Assembly (NCBI GenBank): GCA_029781595.1
Contig: JAKOWJ010000280.1
Location: 7,042-71,041, forward strand
Direction of reading: 5' to 3'
Source: Pseudomonadota bacterium
GTDB taxonomy: Bacteria; Pseudomonadota; Gammaproteobacteria; Burkholderiales; Usitatibacteraceae
DNA: 64,000 nucleotides
The position numbers and the translations under genes are program-made. The notes beneath the pieces were generated by a model that was not told the origin of the DNA, ran no database searches, and saw only the letters and a program-made list of their open reading frames with translations. Shown here piece after piece: positions 24,971 to 34,303 of this stretch; the first letter of the stretch is position 1, and each line of letters opens with the position of its first letter.

Positions 24971-27457
24971 TCAGGCCGCCTTCTTCGCGCGCGAGGGCTT
25001 CGCCTTCTTCGACTTGGACTTGCTGGCGAGCAGGGCCAGTGCCTCCTCCAGGGAGAAGGTGTCGATCGCGTCCTTGTCGGGCAGCGTCGCGTTCACCTTG
25101 CCGTGCTTCACGTACGGGCCGTACTTGCCCGAGTAGAGCGCGACGGCCTGCCCGTCCTCCGGGTGCTTGCCCAGCACGCGCAGCGCCCCCCGGCCGCCGG
25201 GGCTCTTCGGCTCCTTGAGCAGCGCCACGGCGCGCTCGAGCGTGATGTCGAAGACGTTCTCGTCCTTGGGGATCGACTTGAACTGCCCGTCGTGGTTGAC
25301 GTACGGGCCGAAGCGGCCGATGGCCGCGACCACCTTCTTGCCCGTCTCCGGGTGCGCGCCGAGGTCGCGCGGGAGCGCCAGGAGCTTGAGCGCGATCTCC
25401 AGGCTCGCCGCCTCGGGCGCGATGTTCTTGGGCAGCGAGACGCGCTTGGGCTTCTTGTCGCCCTCGGGCTCGCCGAGCTGGAAGTACCAGCCGAAGGGGC
25501 CCTGCAGCAGGCTGATGGGCTTGTGCGACTTGGGGTCGACGCCGATGTCGCGGCGGGCGGGTCCCTCCGCGGAGTCGCCGCTGCCGTCGAGATTGCGCGT
25601 GTAGTCGCACTCGGGAAAGCCCGAGCAGCCCACGAAACGGCCGCGCCGGCCCAGGCGGATGGTGAGCTTGTGGGCCTGGCACTTGGGGCAGATCTCCTCC
25701 AGGACCTCCTGGGTCACTTCCTTGCGGGAGACCGATTCCTTCTCGCCGAGCTGGGCGGAGAAATCCTTCCAGAAGCGCGCCAGGACGGGGATCCACTCCT
25801 CCTTGCCGTTGGAGATGTCGTCGAGCTCGTCCTCGAGCTTGGCGGTGAACTCGTAGTCGACCCAGTGGGCGAAGTGCTCCGTGAGGAACCTGTTCACCAC
25901 GCGGCCGACGTCGGTGGGCTGGAAGCGCTTCTTCTCGAGCACCACGTACTCGCGGTTCTGGAGCGTGGAGATGATCGAGGCGTACGTGGAGGGCCGGCCG
26001 ATGCCGTACTGTTCGAGGGCCTTCACCAGGCTCGCCTCGGAATAGCGCGGGGGCGGCTGCGTGAAGTGCTGCTCGCCGTAGAGCTTGAGGATGGGCACCG
26101 AGTCGCCCTTCTCCAGCGGCGGAAGGCGCTTGTCCTCCTCCTCCACGGCGTCGTCCTCGTCCTCGTGGTAGACGGCGTAGAAACCCGGGAAGACCATCGT
26201 CTGGCCGGTGGCGCGGAAGGTGTTGCCCGGGCCGCCCACGGCGAAGTCCACGGCCACCGTGTCGAACTTGGCCGGCGTCATCTGGCAGGAAAGCGCGCGC
26301 TTCCAGACCATCTCGTAGAGCTTGCGCTGGTCGTCGTTCAGGAACGGGGCCACGGACTCCGGCGTGCGGGCGATGGAAGTGGGGCGGATCGCCTCGTGGG
26401 CCTCCTGGGCGTTCTTGGCCGTGCTGCGGTAGGCCACCGGGCTCTTCGGCAGGTAGTCGGAGCCGAAGTTCTTCGTGATGTAGCCGCGGATCTCGGTGAC
26501 GGCCTCCTTCGAGAGGTTCACCGAGTCGGTGCGCATGTAGGTGATGAGGCCGGTCACGGCCTTGCCGAGCGAGACGCCCTCGTAGAGGCTCTGGGCCACC
26601 TTCATGGCGCGATCGGTGGAGAAGCCGAGCTTGCGCACCGCCTCCTGCTGGAGGGTGGACGTCGTGAAGGGCGGCGCCGGCGAGCGCAGCTTGCGCTTCT
26701 TCTCGATCTCGGAGACGCGCGCCGTGCCCTTGGCGTGCGAGGAGAGGAATTGCGTGATCTCGTCGTTGCGCTCGGCGCTGCCCACGGAGAACTGGTCGAG
26801 CTTCTCGCCCCGGAAGTGGGTGAGCCTCGCCGTGAAGGCGGTTCGGGCCTTCTCGGAATCGAAGTGGATGGTCCAGTACTCGCGCGTCTTGAAGTTCTCG
26901 ATCTCGATCTCGCGCTCGACGATGAGGCGAAGCGCCGGGCTCTGCACGCGGCCGGCCGAGAGCCCGCGCCGGATCTTCTTCCACAGCAGCGGCGAGAGGT
27001 TGAAGCCGACGAGGTAGTCGAGCGCGCGCCGGGCCTGCTGGGCGTTGACGAGCTCCATGGAGATGTCGCGGGGGTTCTTCACCGCGTCCTTCACGGCACC
27101 CTCGGTGATCTCGTAGAACACCACGCGGCGCAGCTTCTTGTCCTTCACCGCCCGCTTGGCGCGCAGGATCTCGGACAGGTGCCACGCGATGGCCTCGCCC
27201 TCGCGGTCCGGGTCGGTCGCGAGCAGGATGGTGTCGGCGTCCTTCACCGCCTTGGCGATGGCGTCCACGTGCTTGGCGTTCCGGTCGATGATCTCGTACT
27301 TCATCCGGAAGTCGTGGTCGGGGTCGACGGCGCCGGTCTTCGGCACCAGGTCGCGGACATGGCCGTAGGAGGCGAGGATCTCGTAGTCCTTGCCGAGGTA
27401 TTTCTTGAGCGTCTTCGCCTTGGAGGGCGATTCGACGATGAGCAGGTTGGAGGCCAT
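24971..27457 (-). CDS. topA: DNA topoisomerase I
   Basis: 828 aa. TOPRIM N-terminus LLIVESPSKAKTLKKYLG, active-site Tyr context GLITYMRTDS, Zn-ribbon CPKCQ...CSGFPEC and a Lys-rich tail. Confidence 0.95.
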   Translation of the reverse strand: MASNLLIVESPSKAKTLKKYLGKDYEILASYGHVRDLVPKTGAVDPDHDFRMKYEIIDRNAKHVDAIAKAVKDADTILLATDPDREGEAIAWHLSEILRAKRAVKDKKLRRVVFYEITEGAVKDAVKNPRDISMELVNAQQARRALDYLVGFNLSPLLWKKIRRGLSAGRVQSPALRLIVEREIEIENFKTREYWTIHFDSEKARTAFTARLTHFRGEKLDQFSVGSAERNDEITQFLSSHAKGTARVSEIEKKRKLRSPAPPFTTSTLQQEAVRKLGFSTDRAMKVAQSLYEGVSLGKAVTGLITYMRTDSVNLSKEAVTEIRGYITKNFGSDYLPKSPVAYRSTAKNAQEAHEAIRPTSIARTPESVAPFLNDDQRKLYEMVWKRALSCQMTPAKFDTVAVDFAVGGPGNTFRATGQTMVFPGFYAVYHEDEDDAVEEEDKRLPPLEKGDSVPILKLYGEQHFTQPPPRYSEASLVKALEQYGIGRPSTYASIISTLQNREYVVLEKKRFQPTDVGRVVNRFLTEHFAHWVDYEFTAKLEDELDDISNGKEEWIPVLARFWKDFSAQLGEKESVSRKEVTQEVLEEICPKCQAHKLTIRLGRRGRFVGCSGFPECDYTRNLDGSGDSAEGPARRDIGVDPKSHKPISLLQGPFGWYFQLGEPEGDKKPKRVSLPKNIAPEAASLEIALKLLALPRDLGAHPETGKKVVAAIGRFGPYVNHDGQFKSIPKDENVFDITLERAVALLKEPKSPGGRGALRVLGKHPEDGQAVALYSGKYGPYVKHGKVNATLPDKDAIDTFSLEEALALLASKSKSKKAKPSRAKKAA

Positions 27458-27528
27458 GGGAGCGGAATCAGGTCGTTTTCATTCTATTACGCGGCCCGGG
27501 GGCGCCTTTCCGGGGGTCGATGCGGCGC

Positions 27529-28617
27529 TCAGGGTACAGCAAGTTGGCGAAAGAGCCCGCCCGGGAGCCTTTCCACCCGGCCCTCGAGCTCCAGCCGGGT
27601 GAGGTCTGCCGCGAGGCTGCCCGCGGACAGCCCCGTCCGCAGCGCCAGGGCGTCGACGCTGGCCGGGGCGTGGGCGAGGGCATCCAGCAGGGGCTCCCCG
27701 GCCGGTGACGGTGAAGGCGGAAGGGCGGCGGTCCCTTCGGGCGCCCGCCCCAGCTCGACCAGGAGGTCCTCGGCCGACTCCACGAGCTTGGCGCCCTGCT
27801 TGAGCAGCCAGTGGCAACCCTTGGACAACGGTGCGTGGATCGAGCCGGGGATCGCGAAGACCTCGCGCCCCTGGTCCAGCGCGAGACGGGCCGTGGTGAG
27901 CGAGCCGCTGTGGATGGCGGCCTCGACCACCAGGACGCCGCGGGACAACCCGCTGATGATCCGGTTGCGGCGCGGAAAGTGGTCGGCGGCCGGTGGCGTG
28001 CCCAGCGGGAACTCGGAGACCACCGCCCCGCGCCCGGCCAGTTCGTGCGCCAGTTCCCGGTTGGCGGCGGGGTAGACCCTGTCGAGTCCCGTGGCCACGA
28101 CGGCCACGCTGGAGCAAGCGCCTGCGAGCCCGCCGCGGTGGGCGGCCGCGTCGATGCCGAGGGCGAGGCCGCTCGCGATCGTGAAGCCGGCGTCCGACAG
28201 CGACCGCGCGAATTCGCGTGCGTCGAGCTCGCCCTGCCGCGTGGCGTTGCGGCTGCCGACGACCGCCAGCGAGGGCCGGGAAAGCAATCGGATGTCTCCC
28301 AGCGCGAAGAGGATCGTCGGCGGGTCGGCGATCTGCAGCAGGCAGGGCGGATACTCCGCGTCTCCCAGAGCCAGGAGATGGTGGCCGGGCGACTGAAGCC
28401 AGGCCAGGGTCCTGTCCACGAGGTCGGCCGAAGCGCCCTGGGCCAGCCGCCCGGCGACCGCGGCCCCGGCAACCGCCGAGACGGCCGAGCCGGATGCCTC
28501 GCAGGCCGTGGCCGGGGAGCCGAAGGCGCGCAGGAGGGCACGCTGGGCGGCCGGTGGCACGCCCGGCACCAGGCACAGGCGCAGCCACTCGGCGGCATCC
28601 GGGCGCACGTCAGGCAC
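27529..28617 (-). CDS. dprA: DNA-processing protein DprA (Smf)
   Basis: 362 aa from a GTG start. Rossmann-like core GLALGIDAAAHRGGL...RNRIISGLS is typical of DprA. Confidence 0.88.
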   Translation of the reverse strand: MPDVRPDAAEWLRLCLVPGVPPAAQRALLRAFGSPATACEASGSAVSAVAGAAVAGRLAQGASADLVDRTLAWLQSPGHHLLALGDAEYPPCLLQIADPPTILFALGDIRLLSRPSLAVVGSRNATRQGELDAREFARSLSDAGFTIASGLALGIDAAAHRGGLAGACSSVAVVATGLDRVYPAANRELAHELAGRGAVVSEFPLGTPPAADHFPRRNRIISGLSRGVLVVEAAIHSGSLTTARLALDQGREVFAIPGSIHAPLSKGCHWLLKQGAKLVESAEDLLVELGRAPEGTAALPPSPSPAGEPLLDALAHAPASVDALALRTGLSAGSLAADLTRLELEGRVERLPGGLFRQLAVP

Positions 28618-28687
28618 TGCGGTCTCCGGGGAAGAGGGGGGGGTGATCCTACAACGGGCGGGCCCGGCCGTCGCTGACCGGGCGCCG

Positions 28688-28715
28688 AAAAAGAATCGGG
28701 GGCTTGCGCCCCCGA
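28688..28715 (-). terminator. Rho-independent terminator after the LysM gene
   Basis: On the minus strand TCGGGGGC-GCAA-GCCCCCGA is followed by TTCTTTTT. Confidence 0.7.
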
Positions 28716-28743
28716 CTTCGAATCCCGGTCCCGTGCCCTGACG

Positions 28744-29943
28744 TCAGGGCGTGCGCACCGTGTCGCCCACGGAGATGGGCCGCACGCTCTTCATGACGAT
28801 CCCGTAGGAGATCTTCTCGAAGGTCCGGAAGATGAAGACCAGGCCGCTGCGCTCTTCCGGCAGCACGAGCTTCTCGGGGCCGGAGGCGGGCATGGGCTCG
28901 GACTTGGGGTCGGCGTTGGCCACGACCGTGTCCTTGACCGGAGGCGCCGGCGTGAGCTCGATGGCGTGGTGACCGAAGTTGAACAGCTCGCCGATGAGCG
29001 GTGGGCGGGCGTTGCCGCGGATGAGCTGGTTGCTCGCGCGGACGGTCGCGAGGACATGCCCCACCTCGACGCCATCGCGGGAGCCGCGGTTGATCGTGAC
29101 GATCGAATATTGCGCGATGTCCGACACGCCCCCGCGGACCGACAGGATGGTGCCGCGGATGGGCTTGTCGGGCGCGCGCGGCACGTAGGACGGGAAGGAG
29201 ACCTCGCGGGCGGGCATCAGGCGGTCGCCCTGGTTGATCTCCTCGCGGGCGCGCGTCACCTCGACGGTGCTCGGGGAGCCGAAGCGCTTCACGCGCGCGT
29301 CGCCCACGTGGATCGCCTCGAAGCCCAGAACCTCGCCGGTGTCGGGGTCCTTGAGCGTCTCGCCCGGGCGGAAGATCTGCCAGTTGATCGGGTCGCCGAC
29401 CTTCATGCCCGAGACGTAGGCGATATTTCCGGCGCCGATGATGACGCGCTCCTCCTCCGTCGCGACGATCCGCGGGAAGGAATCCACGGTGCCCGGATCG
29501 ACCACGAGCGGCTGCGTGAGGAACGGGCCGATGGCCGTGCCCGGGATCGTCGGCACCGCCCTGGCGAGCGGCTCGATGCGCGTGCGCGGCTCGAGCTTCA
29601 CGACGTTGCCGACCGCGGCGGCCATGCCCCCGCCCGAAACGAGCGAAAGCGACGGCGACAGCCCGGAACGATCGAGCCGGATGATGTCGCCCGGATAGAT
29701 GAGGTGCGGGTTCTTGATCTGGTCGCGGTTCATCTGCCAGATCTGCGGCCACTTCCACGGTTCCTTGAGGAACTTGCCGGAAATCGCCCAGAGCGTGTCG
29801 CCCTTCTGGACGGTGTACTCCGTGGGAGCGTCGGCCTGCAGGTCGTTCATCGAGGCCTTCGCGGTGGCGGCTTCCTCCGCGGATGCCAGGCCCGGAACCA
29901 AACTGGCCGAAGCGACGACTAACGCTATAATGAGCTTTCGCAT
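28744..29943 (-). CDS. tsaP: Secreted LysM-domain peptidoglycan-binding protein, TsaP-like (type IV pilus secretin-associated protein family)
   Basis: 399 aa with a signal peptide and a LysM motif YTVQKGDTLWAISGKFL...IYPGDIIRL. It sits between dprA and def as P. aeruginosa tsaP (PA0020) does. The TsaP assignment rests on synteny and domain recall, not alignment. Confidence 0.6.
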   Translation of the reverse strand: MRKLIIALVVASASLVPGLASAEEAATAKASMNDLQADAPTEYTVQKGDTLWAISGKFLKEPWKWPQIWQMNRDQIKNPHLIYPGDIIRLDRSGLSPSLSLVSGGGMAAAVGNVVKLEPRTRIEPLARAVPTIPGTAIGPFLTQPLVVDPGTVDSFPRIVATEEERVIIGAGNIAYVSGMKVGDPINWQIFRPGETLKDPDTGEVLGFEAIHVGDARVKRFGSPSTVEVTRAREEINQGDRLMPAREVSFPSYVPRAPDKPIRGTILSVRGGVSDIAQYSIVTINRGSRDGVEVGHVLATVRASNQLIRGNARPPLIGELFNFGHHAIELTPAPPVKDTVVANADPKSEPMPASGPEKLVLPEERSGLVFIFRTFEKISYGIVMKSVRPISVGDTVRTP

Positions 29944-30060
29944 CGCGGCTCTCTCTTTTGGATATGGGGCGAAGGACCCATATTCTGAAAAAGGGTTACG
30001 ACCTCTTTTTCAAGTAGTGCGGTAAATTCTGCGCTTAATCTGTTCTATTAGCAAGCATTT

Positions 30061-30564
30061 ATGGCCATTCTCGAGATCCTCCAATACCCCGACCCGCGCC
30101 TGCACCTGCCGGCCGCCCGCGTCGAGAAGATCGACGACGCCACGCGCCAGCTGGTCGCCGACATGGCCGAGACGATGTACGCGGCCGAGGGGGTGGGGCT
30201 CGCGGCTACGCAGGTGAACGTTCACCAACAGGTGATCGTCATCGACGTCAGCCCGGACCAGACGGACCTGCGGGTCTTCATCAACCCGGAGATCATCCGC
30301 CGAGAGGGGCTCGCGCTCAATCAGGAAGGGTGCCTGTCCGTCCCGGGAATCTACGAGAACGTCGAGCGGGCGGACGCCGTCACCGTCACCGCCCTGGACG
30401 CCAATGGCGCCCGGTTCACGCTCAACGCCTCCGGGCTGCTCGCGACGTGCATCCAGCACGAGATGGACCACCTCCTCGGAAAGGTCTTCGTCGAGCACCT
30501 GTCCGAGCTCAAGCAGAACCGGATACGCGCCAAGCTCAAGAAGCGCCAGCGCAAGGCCGCGTAG
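30061..30564 (+). CDS. def: Peptide deformylase
   Basis: 167 aa with motifs [14 protein letters not shown] and QHEMDH. Confidence 0.96.
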   Translation: MAILEILQYPDPRLHLPAARVEKIDDATRQLVADMAETMYAAEGVGLAATQVNVHQQVIVIDVSPDQTDLRVFINPEIIRREGLALNQEGCLSVPGIYENVERADAVTVTALDANGARFTLNASGLLATCIQHEMDHLLGKVFVEHLSELKQNRIRAKLKKRQRKAA

Positions 30565-30571
30565 CGCCCGC

Positions 30572-31510
30572 TTGCGACTCGCCTTCGCCGGCACGCCAGC
30601 CTTCGCCGCGCGGGCCCTGGAGGCACTGCACGCGGCGGGCCACGACATCGTCCTGGTACTTTCCCAGCCGGATCGGCCGGCCGGTCGTGGCATGCGGCTG
30701 CAGCCGAGCGCCGTCGCCCTGGCGGCTTCCGAGCGAAACCTGCCGGTCTGGAAACCCACGAACCTGAAGTCCCCGGAGGCCCGCGAGCCGCTGGTGGCGG
30801 CACGGCCGGAGGTTGTCGTCGTCGCAGCGTACGGCCTGATCCTCCCGGAGTCAGTGCTCACAATTCCTCCGCGAGGCTGCATCAACATCCACGCTTCCCT
30901 ATTGCCGCGCTGGCGTGGCGCGGCGCCGATCCAGCGTGCCGTGGAGGCAGGTGACGATCGCACGGGAATCTCCATCATGCGGATGGAAGCCGGCCTGGAC
31001 ACGGGCCCCGTCCTGCTCGAGCGGTCGACGGCCATCGGCCCTGCCGAGACGGCAGGCGAACTGACCGACCGCCTCGCGACCCTGGGGGCGGAGGCGATCG
31101 TCGACGCGCTGGCCCGGCTCGACTCGCTGGAGCCCGTCGCCCAGGACCCCGCGGGCGTTACCTATGCCGCGAAGGTCGCCAAGGCGGACGCTGCGATCGA
31201 CTGGCGACGCGATGCGGCATCCCTGGACCGGCAGGTGCGCGCATTCAATCCCGCGCCGGGAGCGGAAACGCGCCTGGGCGACGAGGCGATCAAGGTCTGG
31301 GCGGCCCGGCCGGTGGCGGCCCGGGGGCCCGCGGGGGAGGTGGTCGGGATGGACGACGGCTGTCCCGTGGTGGCCTGCGGTACGGGTGGGCTCGCGCTCG
31401 CCGTCCTGCAGCGACCCGGCGGGCGCCGGCTCCCGGCCGACGAATTCCTGAAGGGACGGCCCCTTCCGGCCGGGACGCGATTGCGAAACGTGAACGCGGC
31501 GGACGCTTGA
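30572..31510 (+). CDS. fmt: Methionyl-tRNA formyltransferase
   Basis: Start set to TTG 30572 ((M)RLAFAGTPAFAARALEAL); the track ORF starts upstream inside def. Motifs SQPDRPAGRG and [15 protein letters not shown]. Confidence 0.92.
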   Translation: MRLAFAGTPAFAARALEALHAAGHDIVLVLSQPDRPAGRGMRLQPSAVALAASERNLPVWKPTNLKSPEAREPLVAARPEVVVVAAYGLILPESVLTIPPRGCINIHASLLPRWRGAAPIQRAVEAGDDRTGISIMRMEAGLDTGPVLLERSTAIGPAETAGELTDRLATLGAEAIVDALARLDSLEPVAQDPAGVTYAAKVAKADAAIDWRRDAASLDRQVRAFNPAPGAETRLGDEAIKVWAARPVAARGPAGEVVGMDDGCPVVACGTGGLALAVLQRPGGRRLPADEFLKGRPLPAGTRLRNVNAADA

Positions 31511-31576
31511 ATTCCCCGCGCGCGGTGGCATCTTGCCCATGCCGCGATCGCGCGGCGTCGATCCTCTAGGAGTCCC

Positions 31577-32425
31577 ATGTTCGGCAACTGGTTGAAGACC
31601 TCGCTCCTCATGGCGGCGATCGTGGCCCTGTTCGGCACCGTGGGCGCAGTGATCGGTGGCGCCCAGGGGATGATCCTCGCCCTGGTGCTCGGCGGCGCGA
31701 TGAACCTCTGGGCCTACTGGTTCTCGGACCGGATGGTCCTCAGGATGTACAACGCGCAGGAGGTCGACGAGCACTCCGCGCCCTCGCTCTACCGGATGGT
31801 CCGGGAACTCTCGCAGCGGGCCGGGCTGCCCATGCCGCGCGTCTACGTGATCGACGAGGAACAGCCCAACGCCTTCGCTACCGGTCGCAACCCCGAGAAC
31901 GCGGCCGTGGCGGCGACCACGGGCATCATGCGCGTGCTCACGGAGCGCGAGCTTCGCGGCGTGATGGCGCACGAGCTCTCGCACGTGCGCCATCGCGACA
32001 TCCTGATCTCGACGATCTCGGCGACGGTGGCCGGGGCCATCTCTTCCATCGCCCAGTTCGGCATGTTCTTCGGCGGCCGCGACGAAGACGGGCGGCCCGC
32101 CAATCCCGTGGTGACTCTGCTCGTGGTGATCCTGGCGCCCGTCGCCGCGATGCTCATCCAGTTCGCGATCTCTCGGGCGCGGGAGTTCGAGGCCGACCGG
32201 GGCGGCGCCGAGATCAGCGACGATCCCGGGGCGCTGGCCTCGGCGCTCGAGAAGATCCACCGCTACGCGCAGGGCATCCCGCTGGAGCCCGCCGAGGCGC
32301 ACCCCGCGACGGCGCAGATGATGATCATGAACCCGCTTTCCGGCGGCGGCGTGGCCGGTCTCTTCAGCACGCACCCCGATACCGGCGAGCGGGTGGCGAG
32401 GCTGCGGGCCATGGCGGCCCGATGA
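31577..32425 (+). CDS. htpX: Zinc metalloprotease HtpX
   Basis: 282 aa with four TM segments and the HEXXH site [10 protein letters not shown]. Confidence 0.9.
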   Translation: MFGNWLKTSLLMAAIVALFGTVGAVIGGAQGMILALVLGGAMNLWAYWFSDRMVLRMYNAQEVDEHSAPSLYRMVRELSQRAGLPMPRVYVIDEEQPNAFATGRNPENAAVAATTGIMRVLTERELRGVMAHELSHVRHRDILISTISATVAGAISSIAQFGMFFGGRDEDGRPANPVVTLLVVILAPVAAMLIQFAISRAREFEADRGGAEISDDPGALASALEKIHRYAQGIPLEPAEAHPATAQMMIMNPLSGGGVAGLFSTHPDTGERVARLRAMAAR

Positions 32426-32475
32426 TGGCCCGCTGACGCGGACCCTGCGCGTCACGAGACCAGCCGGCGAGATCC

Positions 32476-33744
32476 GTGCTCGAGATCCAGCTCTGCGCGG
32501 CGGAAGTCCTCGGCGAGGTCCTGGCGGGCAGGAACCTCACCCAGTCCCTTGAGAAGGCGCTTCGCGGCCGCCCCGGCCTGGCCCCGGGCGATCGCGCTGC
32601 GGTCCGCGAGATCTGCTACGACGGATTGCGCTCCCTCGGGCTGCTCGAGGCCCAGCTCTCCAAGCTCCTGCTGACGCCCGTGCGCCACGGCGGGTTGCGC
32701 AGCTTGCTGCTGGTCGGCCTGGCGCAGCTTCAATTCACCCGGGCCAAGCCGTACGCGGTCGTGGACCACGCTGTCCGGGCCGCCGAACGGCTGGGCCAGC
32801 CCGCGGCCAGGGGCCTCGTGAACGCGGTGCTTCGCAACTTCCTGCGCCGCCAGGGCGATCTGGGCCGCGATGCGTGGTCCACGGACGAGGCACGGCACGG
32901 CTTCCCGGGGTGGTGGGTCGACAAGCTGCGCACCCAGTACCCGGACCGCTGGGAGGCCATCGTCGAGTCCGAGGGGCGGCATCCGCCCATGACGCTCCGG
33001 GTGAACCGGCGGCGAAGCACCGTGCCGCGAACGCTGGAAGCGCTCGAGGCCGCGGGAATCGGCGCGCGCGCCCTGCGTGGCGAAGCCATCGTGATCGATC
33101 CGCGCCCGGTCGCGGAGATTCCCGGCTTTGCGCAGGGGTTGGTCAGCGTCCAGGACGCCGGAGCGCAATGGGCGGCCACCCTGCTGGATGTCTCCGACGG
33201 CCAGCGCGTCCTGGACGCCTGCGCCGCGCCAGGGGGCAAAACCGGCCATCTCCTGGAGCTGGCGGACGTCGACGTGCTGGCCCTGGACAGCGATGGCGCC
33301 CGGCTGGCCAGGGTCCGGGAGAACCTGGACCGGCTGGGCCTGGAAGCGACGCTGGCCTGCGCCGATGCCCGGGACCCGTCGGGCTGGTGGGACGGACGGC
33401 CGTTCGCGAGGATCCTCCTGGACGCCCCGTGCAGCGCCTCCGGGGTGGCCCGGCGGCAGCCCGACGTGCGCTGGAACCGTCGACCCTCGGACCTCCCGAA
33501 GTTCGCCGCCGGGCAGGCACGGCTGCTCGAGGCGATGTGGCAAGTCCTTGAGACTAGTGGTAAATTACTCTACGCGACCTGCTCCGTGTTCCGGGAAGAG
33601 AACGAGGCCACCGTGGAGGCTTTTCTCGCCCGGCACGCGGATGCGCAGGCGTGCACGTTTTCCGACGGCGCGCCTCACGGCGGCCGGGTGTTGCCCGACG
33701 ACGATCACGATGGCTTCTTCTATGCCCTTCTGGAAAAGCGCTAG
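32476..33744 (+). CDS. rsmB: 16S rRNA (cytosine967-C5)-methyltransferase RsmB (Sun)
   Basis: 422 aa from a GTG start. SAM motif LDACAAPGGKT, catalytic-Cys motifs DAPCSASG and LLYATCS. Confidence 0.9.
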   Translation: MLEIQLCAAEVLGEVLAGRNLTQSLEKALRGRPGLAPGDRAAVREICYDGLRSLGLLEAQLSKLLLTPVRHGGLRSLLLVGLAQLQFTRAKPYAVVDHAVRAAERLGQPAARGLVNAVLRNFLRRQGDLGRDAWSTDEARHGFPGWWVDKLRTQYPDRWEAIVESEGRHPPMTLRVNRRRSTVPRTLEALEAAGIGARALRGEAIVIDPRPVAEIPGFAQGLVSVQDAGAQWAATLLDVSDGQRVLDACAAPGGKTGHLLELADVDVLALDSDGARLARVRENLDRLGLEATLACADARDPSGWWDGRPFARILLDAPCSASGVARRQPDVRWNRRPSDLPKFAAGQARLLEAMWQVLETSGKLLYATCSVFREENEATVEAFLARHADAQACTFSDGAPHGGRVLPDDDHDGFFYALLEKR

Positions 33745-34303
33745 TCGCCCGTGGCGGGCGGCGCTGGGGGCATTGCTGATCGCGATCGGCGCCCTCAGCG
33801 CGGCCTCGCCTGCGATCGCGGAGGGCATCACGCCGCTGCGCGCGGCCGTCGAGTCCACGCCGGACGGCTATCGCCTCGACGCGCAGTTCGACATCCACTT
33901 CAGCCCGGGCCTCGAGGAAGCGGTCAACCGCGGCGTCGCGCTCTACTTCGTGGTCGAGTTCGAGCTCTCCAAGCCGAGGTGGTACTGGTTCGACGAGAAG
34001 CCGGTGCAGCTGTCGCAGACGTACAAGATCACCTACACGCCGCTGTTGCGGCAGTACCGCCTGTCCGCCGGAAGCGCTTACCAGAACTTCACGCGCTTCG
34101 AGGACGTGGTGAGCGCCCTCTCGCGGGTGCGCGGCTGGCCTGTGGCCGACGCCGGCGCCCTGCGGCGGGATGTCGGCTACCAGGCCGCGATCCGGATGCG
34201 TCTGGACACGACGCAGCTGCCCAAGCCCTTCCAACTCAATGCAGTCGCCTCGAGCGACTGGAACCTCAGCTCGGATTGGTATCGGTGGACCGTCAATCCA
34301 TGA
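33722..34303 (+). CDS. DUF4390-like secreted protein
   Basis: Start set to ATG 33722 (MPFWKSASRPWRAALGALLIAIGALSA, signal peptide). 193 aa. The rsmB / DUF4390 / ntrY-like / ntrX-like order is what I recall for Betaproteobacteria. Confidence 0.6.
   Translation: MPFWKSASRPWRAALGALLIAIGALSAASPAIAEGITPLRAAVESTPDGYRLDAQFDIHFSPGLEEAVNRGVALYFVVEFELSKPRWYWFDEKPVQLSQTYKITYTPLLRQYRLSAGSAYQNFTRFEDVVSALSRVRGWPVADAGALRRDVGYQAAIRMRLDTTQLPKPFQLNAVASSDWNLSSDWYRWTVNP

Noticed and set aside
28716-28750. tRNA 3'-end-like string (cTTCGAATCCCGGtcccgtgcc) and the 16-bp palindrome GCCCTGACGTCAGGGC at the LysM gene stop, as a possible integration-site remnant.
   Set aside because: The 5' half of the T-stem does not pair, and there is no acceptor-stem partner, CCA end or integrase nearby. 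The palindrome is most simply part of the terminator region. This is too weak to call an att scar.
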